NCBI GenBank assembly: GCA_947626095.1
Contig: CANQQV010000005.1
Location: forward strand, 24,572 to 88,571
From: an uncultured Bacilli bacterium
GTDB lineage: Bacteria > Bacillota_I > Bacilli_A > RF39 > UBA660
Direction: 5' to 3'
DNA: 64,000 bases
Shown: piece after piece, positions 1 through 10,698 of the stretch
How the letters are laid out: every line of letters starts with the position of its first letter
Numbering within the stretch: the first letter of the stretch is position 1
Made by a program: the position numbers and the translations under genes
The notes under the pieces: model-generated
What the model was told of the DNA's origin: nothing
Databases searched by the model: none
What the model saw: only the letters and a program-made list of their open reading frames with translations

Positions 1-1535
1 ACTTTACCAAAATTAACGTTAGGTGTTCCATTTTGATTTAATTTGGCATTATATACAATTACGTCTGATGTGGCATGAGGTTCATAACAATACATTGAGT
101 ATTTGTGATATCCTGCATTTCCTGGAGTACACGAATTCGTTGATTGATAAACAATTGTATATAAATATCCATTATGATATTCAATACCACCAGTAACACC
201 TAAGGCAATTGAATCGATAGAATATAATCTTTGTTGAAAATCTTTGGAAACAATATAATATCTTCTGGCATAACTTCCTATATATTTATCATGGAATTTA
301 TCGTATGTTATTCCAGTGTAAGCGATAGGAGTTTTAATAACTGAACTGTAACTTAAATCCGAGTCATTATTATATAGTGAAACATAGTTGTATTTATATG
401 GACCAACTACTAAAATCTTCTTTAGTTTTGTATCATATGTTAAATCGTTACCATGGCCACCAACTATTTTTCGATAATTTAAACCTTTATTGCCATTAGT
501 TACTATACCGGCAGTAACTTGTTCAGTTGAATAAGTACCTGATTTATTTAGGTTATAACTTAATAATAAACCTTGGGCTTTTTCATTTTTGTTGGAATAA
601 AATATTAAATTATCACCAGCCCAAGTAACTCCTTGAAGTTGAGTATATTTACCTTTTTCTTTGTTCTTATCATCTTTTAAAGCTTGACTTAATTCTTTAA
701 CTGGAGCAGTATCAATCATACCGTTTAAGATAGATTCATTAGAATAAGTATATTCTTTATCAACATAGCCAAAATTAGCATAATTGGTTAACTTTATATT
801 GGTTTTACTGGCTTGCTTGCTACTAAATATTTTCTTATTCAAAGTTATAACTGGTCTAATTCCTCTAGAGCCGGTTTTTTTCGCATAATTAATATTACCA
901 GTATAAGTAACGCATAAGGCGTAATTACTATCGTCAGTAGCAGAATTATTCGTCCAATATCCTGGAGGACTAGCTTTTTCTTTACCATTTAAATATTGTT
1001 TATTATTTAAAAAATAGAATGAGTTAATATAAGTAAATGATACTTTTACATCTGGGGAAATAGCTGAATAACCATCAGTTTTTTTGGCAGGTGATTTACT
1101 AGTATCAATTTTTAATATGTTATATATTTGTTTTTTAGTTATAATAGATGGAGTTAATTTTTGACCTTTTTCATCAACCCAATTTAATTTATTTAATTCG
1201 GTTTTTCTATCTGTCCAAGAAGCAAAACCAATATCGTGGTCCAACATAACTTTAACTTGAGAATTGCTTGTATCACTATCCTCTATGACAAAGAAACGGT
1301 AGCAATTGACATTATTATAAGGTGTCCAGTAATTACTACAAGTAGTACCTTTAATAGGGTTATAATATACATATTCGCCGATTCTATAAACTGGATATGT
1401 TTCAGAAGACAAAAAATCTTTGATTCTTGTAATTACAACAGATATTTGATTTCTAAATATAAAAGAAAATATTATAGCAATCATTACAATTAACAGCATT
1501 GTAAGGGAAAGAAATGTTCTTTTTTTACTTCTCAT
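1..1535 (-). CDS. Membrane-anchored/secreted hypothetical protein, truncated by the window edge
   Basis: ATG at 1535 with GAGGTG RBS; begins MRSKKRTFLSLTMLLIVMIAIIFSFIF (N-terminal TM); contains GYWT...GIRPVI and GHGNDLTYD motifs; same frame reads open at base 1; absent from ORF track because no stop lies in the window. Confidence 0.8.
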   Translation of the reverse strand, partial: MRSKKRTFLSLTMLLIVMIAIIFSFIFRNQISVVITRIKDFLSSETYPVYRIGEYVYYNPIKGTTCSNYWTPYNNVNCYRFFVIEDSDTSNSQVKVMLDHDIGFASWTDRKTELNKLNWVDEKGQKLTPSIITKKQIYNILKIDTSKSPAKKTDGYSAISPDVKVSFTYINSFYFLNNKQYLNGKEKASPPGYWTNNSATDDSNYALCVTYTGNINYAKKTGSRGIRPVITLNKKIFSSKQASKTNIKLTNYANFGYVDKEYTYSNESILNGMIDTAPVKELSQALKDDKNKEKGKYTQLQGVTWAGDNLIFYSNKNEKAQGLLLSYNLNKSGTYSTEQVTAGIVTNGNKGLNYRKIVGGHGNDLTYDTKLKKILVVGPYKYNYVSLYNNDSDLSYSSVIKTPIAYTGITYDKFHDKYIGSYARRYYIVSKDFQQRLYSIDSIALGVTGGIEYHNGYLYTIVYQSTNSCTPGNAGYHKYSMYCYEPHATSDVIVYNAKLNQNGTPNVNFGK

Positions 1536-1697
1536 AACTCACACCTCTATTCTTTATAATTATACAATAAAATCATATAGCCAAATCATTATTTATATTT
1601 TATTTTACGTGCTTTAATAAAATTTATCGATATATTATAAATTCTTAAATGAGCTATGAATAATGAATTTTGAACATTTAATTAAGTTATTAAAATT

Positions 1698-2720
1698 CTA
1701 TTTAGTAAAATGACCGTAACGTGATAAAGGTTCATATTTAATTTTCTTTAAATTTAATTTTTTAATAATATTTTGTGGTTCACATAATTCATACCAACTA
1801 GATGGTACTTCATAATCACCTGAGTTAGTTTTAGCATAGATAGCTAATGGGTTTTTTAGACCAATAGCATAAGATATCTGAATTTCACACCAATTATATT
1901 TTGAATTGGTTTTAACTACTTGTTTAGCTAGTTCTCTGGCCATATAGGCACCTGATCTATCAACTTTGGTTGGATCTTTACCAGAAAAAGCACCACCACC
2001 GACTGAAGCAAATGACTGGTAAGTATCAACAACAATTTTACGGCCAGTTAAACCGGTATCGCCTTCAAAACCACCAATTAAAAAACGACCTGTTGGATTA
2101 ATAATAAATTCTTCGATTTCAACATTGTATTTTTGGCATATTTTTAAACATAAATCCTTTATTATTTGATCAGTTTCTGCACGATTTTCTTCAGTATTTT
2201 GATAGCAGATAGTAAATGTTTTTATTTTTTGTAATTTGTTATTTTCATAAAGGCCGGTTATTTCAGCCTTACCATCAGATTTAAAACGAGAATCTTTAAT
2301 TCTTAATCTATCGTATTCCTGACTTAGTTCCTGTAAGATAACCATGGCAGTTGGGAGATATTTATCTGTATCTTGACAAGCGTAACCAAACATCATGCCG
2401 TTGTCACCGGCACCTCCTACTACGTTGTTTGTTCCAAGAGCTATATCTGGGCTTTGTAATCCTAAGTTATTAATTATTTCATAATTGGTATTATATCCAA
2501 CATCTTTTAAAACTCTTTTGACTACTTTTTCGATATTTATTTGGGCTTTACTAGTTACTTCACCACTAATAAATATCTTGCTTTTTCCGCCCATTACTTC
2601 AATACCACATCGGCTATCAGTATCTCCTTTAAGATAAGCATCTAATAGGGCATCGCTAATTTGGTCACATACTTTATCTGGGTGACCTCTAAAGACTATT
2701 TCATTGGTGAATAATTTCAT
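1698..2720 (-). CDS. metK: S-adenosylmethionine synthetase (compact form)
   Basis: GHPDKVCDQISD, GAGDNGMMFGYA, GGGAFSGKDPTKVDRS. Confidence 0.97.
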   Translation of the reverse strand: MKLFTNEIVFRGHPDKVCDQISDALLDAYLKGDTDSRCGIEVMGGKSKIFISGEVTSKAQINIEKVVKRVLKDVGYNTNYEIINNLGLQSPDIALGTNNVVGGAGDNGMMFGYACQDTDKYLPTAMVILQELSQEYDRLRIKDSRFKSDGKAEITGLYENNKLQKIKTFTICYQNTEENRAETDQIIKDLCLKICQKYNVEIEEFIINPTGRFLIGGFEGDTGLTGRKIVVDTYQSFASVGGGAFSGKDPTKVDRSGAYMARELAKQVVKTNSKYNWCEIQISYAIGLKNPLAIYAKTNSGDYEVPSSWYELCEPQNIIKKLNLKKIKYEPLSRYGHFTK

Positions 2721-2754
2721 TTTATAAATTCCTTCTTTCTATCTTGAAATCCAT

Positions 2755-2785
2755 AAAAAAGATGTTCAAGATAACCTTGAACATC
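2755..2785 (-). terminator. Intrinsic terminator of SAM riboswitch expression platform
   Basis: Minus strand GATGTTCAAG-GTTAT-CTTGAACATC-TTTTTT between aptamer and metK. Confidence 0.85.
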
Positions 2786-2800
2786 ACATAGTTTAAAGTT

Positions 2801-2884
2801 ATCTTATCGATCTAGCTTTACCACCTAATCTAATAGGTTGGTGTGATTTCATAGGGCTAGTCCCTCCATCACTCTTTATAAGAT
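2801..2884 (-). promoter_or_regulatory. SAM-I (S-box) riboswitch aptamer, apparently lacking P4
   Basis: Minus strand ATCTTATAAAGAG-TGATGGAGGGACTAGCCCTATGAAATCA-CACCAACC...GGTGGTAAAGCTAG-ATC-GATAAGAT, upstream of metK. Confidence 0.9.
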
Positions 2885-3013
2885 TTCTAGTTAAATTATA
2901 CTACGATTGATTATTAATAACAAGATATAGTAAATAAACACACTGTTGATTTGTTATATAAATTATATGTACATTATTTTCTTTAAAAATTTATTCATCA
3001 TGATATAATTTTA

Positions 3014-3844
3014 ATGAAAGTAGGTTTTAAAATGAGAGAAAAAACCAAAAATTTAAAAAAGGAAAAGATAGATACTAAAATTGATAATATTCAAGTTTTA
3101 CGTCCTCTTAATGATAGTAATTCTTTAACTTCAATCATTTTAGGTATTATAACAATTATTATTGCTTTATTTTTAGGAATTATTGCTTTACCTTTAGGAA
3201 TTGTTGGCATTATTTTAGGAATTATAAGTAAGGCGAAAAATAAAATAGTCGCAATTATCTTAAATATTATTGGTATGAGTATAGCTGTTTTTACAACTAT
3301 ATTATTGGGAACATTACTTTTTAGTTTCTTCGAAAATGTTAAAAATGATTTTACTAATATTGATTTTGATAATTCCTTATATAATACAGACAACTTTGCT
3401 TTACCACTTAATAAATCGTGGTCAAAAGTTAAAGTTGAACCAAATGATATAGAAAGTCTTATGTATAAAGACAATGAATTGTATTTAATACCAGTCGGTG
3501 TTGAAAGTCTTGAAGATGTTGAAAACAAATTAGCATGTAACTATGAAAATGTTGATTGTCAAAAAAAATTATATGATAATTTCTATAATTACTGGAACAA
3601 TAATGAAGATATAAATCAGTTACTTGATGGAGAAGAAAAATTTAATAAATTAAAATATGATGCAGATTACATAACAATTAATTATGGAGAGACACCTGAT
3701 ACGGTCAATGGTAAATTATATTTAATTGTATCTGACTTTAATAATATGGTTATTTGTTTTATTTCTAAAAGCGATCATTATGATAATAGTTATGATTATG
3801 TAGTTATAGACTTATTAAAAAATATATTAATAACTAAGAATTAG
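3014..3844 (+). CDS. Membrane protein with DUF4190-like N-terminal helices and extracytoplasmic domain
   Basis: SIILGII...PLGIVGIILGIIS...AIILNIIG pattern; start may be 3032. Confidence 0.7.
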   Translation: MKVGFKMREKTKNLKKEKIDTKIDNIQVLRPLNDSNSLTSIILGIITIIIALFLGIIALPLGIVGIILGIISKAKNKIVAIILNIIGMSIAVFTTILLGTLLFSFFENVKNDFTNIDFDNSLYNTDNFALPLNKSWSKVKVEPNDIESLMYKDNELYLIPVGVESLEDVENKLACNYENVDCQKKLYDNFYNYWNNNEDINQLLDGEEKFNKLKYDADYITINYGETPDTVNGKLYLIVSDFNNMVICFISKSDHYDNSYDYVVIDLLKNILITKN

Positions 3845-3901
3845 TAAAAATGATAGTAATTCGTAATAAAAAAATATAGAGTTGATTTTGAACTCTATAT
3901 T

Positions 3902-4624
3902 TTATTTTTGTAACGCTTGAATTAAATCGATACGTTCACATCTATTTGTGTTTTCGTTATATAAAAAGTTATCTCCTAAACAAGTTATAGTAGCGGCTTT
4001 CTTGCTAGTTATAAGACATTCATCATCAGTTTGGAAGCCTTCTTCGCAAACTAAAGTGTCTATTGGTTCAGATGTTTTATAGCACTTGCCTTTGTATTCA
4101 ATTGTATCACTAGGACAAGTCTTGGTAATTTTAAAATCGATGGCAATTGTTTCTTTAGTAGAATAAGCTTTTAAGGTTTCATTATAGTTTTTCCAATAAG
4201 TAAGGTAGCATGTTCCACCATCTATATAAGTTTCATTTTGCGTTGTGATAATACTGCCTGATTCTAAAACTTTAATTGTGCCTTTGGCAATATCGGATGG
4301 TATTTCACAGGCAGTCAATATATCTTTAGGGTAAGTCTCATCACTTATACATTGTTTCTTATCATTAAAATGGAAGCCTTCTTCACAAGCCTTAGCTGGC
4401 ACAGCAGGAACTAATTCAACTTTAGTACATGTTCCATCAACAAGTTTAAAGCCATCTTCACAAGTTAGAGCTGCATCTTTAGAAACCGCAATGGCACAAT
4501 TATTAGCTCTAAGTTCTCCTTCTTGACAATAATATTCACTTTTACCATTTTCTTTTTGATAGCCACATCCAGTTAAACATAAAGTTAACAAAATAACTAA
4601 CAATAAGGTTATTTTCTTTTTCAT
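3902..4624 (-). CDS. Cys-rich repeat lipoprotein
   Basis: MKKKITLLL...LTGC lipobox (start 4624); six CxxG/D-x(6-10)-C repeats. Confidence 0.75.
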   Translation of the reverse strand: MKKKITLLLVILLTLCLTGCGYQKENGKSEYYCQEGELRANNCAIAVSKDAALTCEDGFKLVDGTCTKVELVPAVPAKACEEGFHFNDKKQCISDETYPKDILTACEIPSDIAKGTIKVLESGSIITTQNETYIDGGTCYLTYWKNYNETLKAYSTKETIAIDFKITKTCPSDTIEYKGKCYKTSEPIDTLVCEEGFQTDDECLITSKKAATITCLGDNFLYNENTNRCERIDLIQALQK

Positions 4625-4778
4625 GTTTTCACCCCACGGATTGATATTATATGTTATATATTGAAAATATGTCAACATTTGGTTTAGAGAAATGTAAAAT
4701 TTAAGACGATATTTTTCTTGTTAAATCTTTTTGTTATATAATATAGTATATTTAATTAATTGTTTGGGATGAATATAA

Positions 4779-5828
4779 ATGAAAAACAAATATAAACTAG
4801 TGATTATTGGTGCTGGTCCGGCGGGTATTAGTACAGCTTTGTACTTAAATGAACTAGGTATTAAGGACATATTAGTTGTTGAGAAATATAAGTATCCAAG
4901 GTATAAATGCTGTGCTGGGTATATTACAGATAAAACTAAAAAGGAATATGAAAAATTAGGTCTTAGTATAGATGATTGTCATTATTCACTTATTAATGAT
5001 TTTAAATTATTTTATAAGGGAAAATTAAAACAAACGATTGTTAATAAGTTCTTATTTACTAACAGAAAAATTGATAGAGTTGAACTTGATTATGAATTTT
5101 ATAAGTTATTAAAAAAGAAAAAAATTAAAATATTAGAAAATACTTATATTAAAGATAATGATATGGAGAAAAATACTGTGTTGTTATCAGATGATAAAAA
5201 GGTTAATTATGGATACTTAGTCTTTGCTGATGGAACTAATAGTTTTGGGAATAAATATCAAAAGGAATATAATAAACATTTAGCTATGCAAATGACGTTT
5301 CAAAGTGATAAGGAAGATGAAATACAAATTCACTTTGGTTATTCTAAAAAAGGATACGTATGGATAAGTTCTTATCAAGGTATTACTAATGTTGGTCTTA
5401 CAGATGTTTATAATAAATCAGTTAATTATCAAGAATTATATAAAAAGATATTAGATGATAATGGATTTAATGTTGATACTAAAGAATTAAAAGGAACTTT
5501 TACGCCGATTGGAGTTAGAAAGCCTATTATTAATGATAATATATTTTTTGTAGGGGATGCAGTTGGTGCTTGCGACCCATTAACATTATCTGGTTTGAAA
5601 TATGCATTAAAGACAGGAGAATATGCTGCTTTAGCAATTAAAAATAATAGCAATAAAATATATCTTAAATATATTAAGAAATTAAGATTTAAATTTGGTT
5701 TTATGAAGATATTATTAAAAATATTTTATCTTAAAGCTATATTGTTTTGCGTTTTTGAAATAGGCTGTCGTTTCTTTGGAAAGATTATTGAATTTGCATT
5801 TAACAATTTCTTTATTAATAAAAAGTAA
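4779..5828 (+). CDS. FAD-dependent oxidoreductase, geranylgeranyl reductase family
   Basis: IIGAGPAG, PRYKCCAG, FADG, VGDAVGACDPLTLSGLKYA. Confidence 0.85.
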   Translation: MKNKYKLVIIGAGPAGISTALYLNELGIKDILVVEKYKYPRYKCCAGYITDKTKKEYEKLGLSIDDCHYSLINDFKLFYKGKLKQTIVNKFLFTNRKIDRVELDYEFYKLLKKKKIKILENTYIKDNDMEKNTVLLSDDKKVNYGYLVFADGTNSFGNKYQKEYNKHLAMQMTFQSDKEDEIQIHFGYSKKGYVWISSYQGITNVGLTDVYNKSVNYQELYKKILDDNGFNVDTKELKGTFTPIGVRKPIINDNIFFVGDAVGACDPLTLSGLKYALKTGEYAALAIKNNSNKIYLKYIKKLRFKFGFMKILLKIFYLKAILFCVFEIGCRFFGKIIEFAFNNFFINKK

Positions 5829-5854
5829 AAGAAGACAAATATTTGTCTTCTTTT
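5827..5854. terminator. Bidirectional terminator
   Basis: Palindrome AAAAGAAGACAAAT/ATTTGTCTTCTTTT between convergent genes. Confidence 0.75.
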
Positions 5855-5862
5855 GTTATCTA

Positions 5863-6822
5863 TTATTTCTTTTTATGATTCTTATGGATAGTTAGAGCAA
5901 GAATAATTATTAATATAGTAAATAATACAGTCCCTACTATAATGGATATAATAATTTTTTTATTTAGTTTTATTCTATTATTTTCTGATGGTTCTTCTTT
6001 TATTGAATCTTGTGACTCGTTTTCTTTTTCTTCTTCGATTACTTTAACTTGGCGAGTTACATTTAAAATATATTCTTTTACTTCTTCATTTTCAGCTTTT
6101 ACAGTAATTGTTATTTTATTTTGACCTTCTTGTAATTGATAAGTATCATTACCAGTAATAGTTGATTTTTCATCTTCGGGTATAGATGTAATAGTTAACT
6201 CTTCCACTTCGTTTGGTACTTCTATATTATATTCTAAAGTATCTTTATTAAATTCAATTATTCCTGTGGAAAGATTTAACTCTTTTAAATAATTATTAGA
6301 AGATTTTGGCGTTTCAACTGGTTTTGGGGTAGTTTCGGTTTTATTATTAGTTGGTGTTTCTTTTTTAGGTGTTGGAACTTGATCAAGGTAAATAAAACCT
6401 ACTAGAAAGCTACTCATTTCATCCATGTTTAAATAGCCACTATTAATGCCATCTTCAGTCATAGGTGATCCACCTTCAATATAATAGACAGTATCACCTT
6501 CTACTTCAACTACATATGATACATGGCCACCCCAGCCTTCGCCATAATCCCATACCATTAAAGAATCTTTTTTAGGTTCTTTTCCTACAGAATAACCAGC
6601 TTTTTCGGCTTTACTATACCAAGTTTCAACATAGTACCACAAAGGTAGTTCTACGCCCATTCGGTCTTTAGCTTGCTGCCATGCATACCATGTACAATTT
6701 ATTATTTCACCACCAAAAATATTTTCTTCCATTTTAGGATATGGATTACTTTTAGCTGATACAAAGAAGATTGAAGTTATAAATAACAGAATAATATACA
6801 AATAATTAATTACTTTTTTCAT
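5863..6822 (-). CDS. CHAP-domain peptidoglycan hydrolase with cadherin-like beta-sandwich and C-terminal TM
   Basis: NCTWYAW and GHVSYV catalytic motifs; SSNNYLKEL...FNKDTLEY...GQNKITITVKAEN; C-terminal hydrophobic anchor. Confidence 0.85.
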   Translation of the reverse strand: MKKVINYLYIILLFITSIFFVSAKSNPYPKMEENIFGGEIINCTWYAWQQAKDRMGVELPLWYYVETWYSKAEKAGYSVGKEPKKDSLMVWDYGEGWGGHVSYVVEVEGDTVYYIEGGSPMTEDGINSGYLNMDEMSSFLVGFIYLDQVPTPKKETPTNNKTETTPKPVETPKSSNNYLKELNLSTGIIEFNKDTLEYNIEVPNEVEELTITSIPEDEKSTITGNDTYQLQEGQNKITITVKAENEEVKEYILNVTRQVKVIEEEKENESQDSIKEEPSENNRIKLNKKIIISIIVGTVLFTILIIILALTIHKNHKKK

Positions 6823-6880
6823 AAACTACCTCTTTTCACTTAAATTATATGTTTATTTTAAATGAAGAACAATATTAAAA

Positions 6881-7939
6881 TTATCGATGATATTTATTCA
6901 TGTATTCAATAATTGTATAGTTGGGATTTGGTAATATGTTATCTTGTTCGCAACTGCCATAAAGAGCTTTTTCTAAATCCATATCCCACTGATTATTTAT
7001 ATCGAAATGCCAGTATTCACCTTCAAATTCAGTAAAGCTATTATTCTTTTTGACTAAATTACAAGAATTAATTAGATTGGTAGTAGGATATTTTAAAAGG
7101 TTACAAGTTATTCTTCTGATTATTAAGTAAGTTATTTCTTCGTCGGTTAATAGATGTTCTTTCTTTAATTTATTTTCAAAATAATTAAGATGAGCTATTT
7201 TATCAAATTTATCAAATTTACAACCATAGTTTAAAGCCTTACCATTACAATCACAGATAATTAAATCAATTGCTCCACCAGTATTATGAGTTGATGGTGG
7301 ATTAAATGATGGGTAGGATACATAATATGGCATAATATAGGTTTCAATATGTTTAATTAATTCATCATTATTAGTAGTTTTGTTTTCTAATTTACTTTTC
7401 TCAATTAAAAGTTTTTTATTTAAGACTTCTTCATATAACTCTTTTTGACATTCATAGGTTCTATAACCATCAAAAACAATAAAACCATATTCTTCTGGTA
7501 AAAGTTTTAAATGTGTTAAAAGGCTTTCTAGAACTTGTTCTCTGACATATATTTTGGGATAAGTTCCTTTTCTTTGATCTTTAAAATAGACAGGTTCAAC
7601 AAAAATTCGAGGATGAAGAGGAATAAATTCTCTTTTAGAATAATCGTATTTATTTAAAGCTACCAATGGTTCTTTTCTTATTTCAGTATTAATAATTTCT
7701 TTTTCTTGCCAGTTATCTTTTGACCTTATTTGAATTGGTTGAAAATAATATAAATCTTTAGCAAAATAATGATAAAGTTGATTATTCTTAATTATATCCT
7801 TAATTCTAGTAAAAGTATCTGCATCTGCTTCTTTGAATAAAGTTTGTAATATTTTATCGTAATTCTTATTTATATATTCTATTTCTTCTTTTGTTTTATT
7901 AAAATTATTTAAAAGTTTTATGATGTCTTCTTCATTCAT
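6881..7939 (-). CDS. M15 family D-Ala-D-Ala dipeptidase (VanX/DdpX-like)
   Basis: FDGYR, STHNTGGAIDL, EYWHF. Confidence 0.85.
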   Translation of the reverse strand: MNEEDIIKLLNNFNKTKEEIEYINKNYDKILQTLFKEADADTFTRIKDIIKNNQLYHYFAKDLYYFQPIQIRSKDNWQEKEIINTEIRKEPLVALNKYDYSKREFIPLHPRIFVEPVYFKDQRKGTYPKIYVREQVLESLLTHLKLLPEEYGFIVFDGYRTYECQKELYEEVLNKKLLIEKSKLENKTTNNDELIKHIETYIMPYYVSYPSFNPPSTHNTGGAIDLIICDCNGKALNYGCKFDKFDKIAHLNYFENKLKKEHLLTDEEITYLIIRRITCNLLKYPTTNLINSCNLVKKNNSFTEFEGEYWHFDINNQWDMDLEKALYGSCEQDNILPNPNYTIIEYMNKYHR

Positions 7940-8099
7940 ATAGTGACCTTCTTTATTGTTTATATTATAACACAGTTCTTATAAGCTAAAGAAAAACTCG
8001 CATATATAAATGTGAGTTTTATTTACTACATCAGTTTTTGTATTTTTTTCACTTTCCTAAGTGGAACATACTCCTGTTCTTAATGGTAAATATGAGTTT

Positions 8100-9512
8100 T
8101 TAAAATCTAAAATAAATAAAAGGATTATATTTGGAACTAATTAAATAAACAACACATATGAATAATAAACATAATAGAATAATATTCATTATTATTGTGT
8201 AAACGATATTATTAGAATATTTTTCTTGGAGTTTTTTAAATATTGGGAATGATAAGATAATAGCGGGGATTAAAAAGAATATAGAATTAAAATTTACCAG
8301 ATTATTTGGTAATATAGTTAGCCAATCTGTTTTATGATATATAAACATAGTTCTGATAAAATATAATAACTCATTTAGATTATTGGCACGAAAAACAGTC
8401 CAACCAATCATAATAATGATAATGGTATATAGCCAAGAAATAAATTTAGGTAATTTTTTTAATATTTTATCTAAAAATATTTTTTCACATAGTAATAATA
8501 AGCCATAAAATAACCCCCAAATAATAAAGTTCCAAGAGGCACCATGCCAAAAACCTGTTAATAACCAAACAATGAAGATATTTCTAATCCATTTTATTTT
8601 GCTTACTCTATTTCCACCTAGTGGAATATAAATATAGTCTCTAAACCAACTTGATAGTGATATATGCCATCTTCGCCAAAACTCTGTTATTGAAGTAGAT
8701 ATATATGGATAATTGAAGTTTTCAAGAAAATGAAAGCCAAAAATTTTACCAAGACCAATAGCCATATCACTATATCCAGAGAAATCAAAATATATTTGGA
8801 GTGTATAAGCTAATATACCAAGCCATATTATCGATGTTCCATAAGCAGGTGTATGATTATTAAAAACCATATCTGCCATAATACCCATTTGATTTGCAAT
8901 AATAATTTTCTTTGAAAGACCAATAATAAATCTTTTAGTACCATTTATAATATCATCAATATTCTCCTTACGATTATCTATCTCGTCTTCAATAGTTTCA
9001 TATCGAACAATCGGACCAGCAATTAATTGAGGAAATAATGACACATAAAGAGATAATGATAAAATATTTTTTTGAACTTTAATTTTTTTATTATATAAAT
9101 CAATGATGTATGATAGTATTTGAAAAGTATAAAAACTTATTCCTATAGGAAGAATTATGGATAAAATTTTAATATTAGAATTAAAAATATTATTAATATT
9201 TTCTATAAAAAAATTGGTATATTTAAAGAAAATTAGATTCCCTACTACAAGAATTATACAGATTATTAAACTTATTTTTTTAAGAAGCTTATTTTTATCT
9301 CTATCAAACTTGTCGATAAGTAAGCCAAACACATAGACAACTATAATTGTTATAAGCATCAAGAAAATATATTTTGGTTCACCCCAAGCATAAAAAAGAA
9401 TAGAGAACAAAAGTAAAATAATATTTTTTATTTTACGAGATTCTACGATAAAATACAATGCAAGAAGAAGGGGTAAAAAGCCAAACAAAAAGGTTAAACT
9501 ATTAAATAACAT
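8100..9512 (-). CDS. MBOAT O-acyltransferase (AlgI/PatA-like)
   Basis: MLFNSLTFLF, LPIGISFYTFQ, FWRRWHISLSSWFRDY, TGFWHGA, YNPFIYFRF; start 9512. Confidence 0.92.
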   Translation of the reverse strand: MLFNSLTFLFGFLPLLLALYFIVESRKIKNIILLLFSILFYAWGEPKYIFLMLITIIVVYVFGLLIDKFDRDKNKLLKKISLIICIILVVGNLIFFKYTNFFIENINNIFNSNIKILSIILPIGISFYTFQILSYIIDLYNKKIKVQKNILSLSLYVSLFPQLIAGPIVRYETIEDEIDNRKENIDDIINGTKRFIIGLSKKIIIANQMGIMADMVFNNHTPAYGTSIIWLGILAYTLQIYFDFSGYSDMAIGLGKIFGFHFLENFNYPYISTSITEFWRRWHISLSSWFRDYIYIPLGGNRVSKIKWIRNIFIVWLLTGFWHGASWNFIIWGLFYGLLLLCEKIFLDKILKKLPKFISWLYTIIIIMIGWTVFRANNLNELLYFIRTMFIYHKTDWLTILPNNLVNFNSIFFLIPAIILSFPIFKKLQEKYSNNIVYTIIMNIILLCLLFICVVYLISSKYNPFIYFRF

Positions 9513-9513
9513 G

Positions 9514-10698
9514 TTACACCTCCATATTGAAATCATTAGATTTAAAGAAGCCATAATTTCCAATTAGTAATACAATATGGATATTATTTTCTTTAAGATA
9601 TTTTGTATATTCAAACTCTTTTCCATTTTCTCTTTTATAACTACGTAAATCAACAGAATATGTTTTATTGAAATGTGAAGCTAATAATTTTAAAATTGCA
9701 TTATCATAAGAATCTCCTAAAATAAGAATATTTGGTTTTGAATTATCGTGATTATCAATAATTATTTCTCCGAAGTCATTACCGTAATAATTAGCATATG
9801 AAATATCTGAGCTTTTTGTAGTTAAATAATATTCTTCATTACCATAATCCGTTTCGTTTCCATTTATCATAATGGTATAATCTGGATAATTAAACTTATA
9901 AACGCAAAAACTTTCTTTATAAGAGTTTTTAACATCACTAATGGAAGCTTTGGAACCACTAAAATTATTATTAAGACATATTTCATCGACTGGTTTTAAT
10001 GGATTATCATCTGTTAAAATGTTAACTAATTCTGTATATGCTTTATACGATCCTTTATAATTCCAATGATGATCAGTTTTATAGAAATACTGAGAAAATT
10101 CAGCAAAATTATTTATCGCAAAATGATATATATTATTCGTATTTATATTTTTTTTGAGGTAGGAATATATATCTGTCTTTTTATTAGTAACAAAATCAAT
10201 ATCTGAATCTTTTTCAATATAATAAATATAAGTATTAATATCTGTTGCTTTTAAAGTTTTGTTAATATTTTTTATTCTATTATCGATTTCTTCCTGGGCA
10301 TTTTTTACATATATGCCATAATAAACTAAATTTTTATTGCAGCCATAACTGGCTAGTGAATCATCTATCCTTATATACATTTTGTCACAGGTATTTTCAA
10401 AAATTATATTTGAAAAGATGTTTGAAGCAAAATTACGAGTTAAGTTGTACCCTTTTTTTATATTTGTACTAAATGGTAATTGATCAGAAAAAGCTAGTTC
10501 AATATTGTTTTGAAAATTTCCATTTAATATTTCATTTAAATTAAACTGAGGTGTTTGGTAAGCTGTTCTATTTTCATAATAATTAATTTTATTAGAATTA
10601 AATACAACACATAAAAGCCCAACAATAAATACAAAGAAAACAATTATGACAAATATAGTATCAATTTTTTGTAATTTTGTTATTTTATTGCTTTTCAT
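9514..10698 (-). CDS. DHHW-family O-acetyltransferase partner (AlgJ/PatB-like)
   Basis: YKTDHHWNYKG, GDSY; adjacent to MBOAT gene. Confidence 0.88.
   Translation of the reverse strand: MKSNKITKLQKIDTIFVIIVFFVFIVGLLCVVFNSNKINYYENRTAYQTPQFNLNEILNGNFQNNIELAFSDQLPFSTNIKKGYNLTRNFASNIFSNIIFENTCDKMYIRIDDSLASYGCNKNLVYYGIYVKNAQEEIDNRIKNINKTLKATDINTYIYYIEKDSDIDFVTNKKTDIYSYLKKNINTNNIYHFAINNFAEFSQYFYKTDHHWNYKGSYKAYTELVNILTDDNPLKPVDEICLNNNFSGSKASISDVKNSYKESFCVYKFNYPDYTIMINGNETDYGNEEYYLTTKSSDISYANYYGNDFGEIIIDNHDNSKPNILILGDSYDNAILKLLASHFNKTYSVDLRSYKRENGKEFEYTKYLKENNIHIVLLIGNYGFFKSNDFNMEV

Noticed and set aside
6881-7939. Vancomycin-resistance cluster
   Set aside because: Only a VanX-like peptidase; no vanA/B, vanH or vanRS
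8050-8070. Extra parS (TTCCTAAGTGGAACA)
   Set aside because: Only one half-site matches
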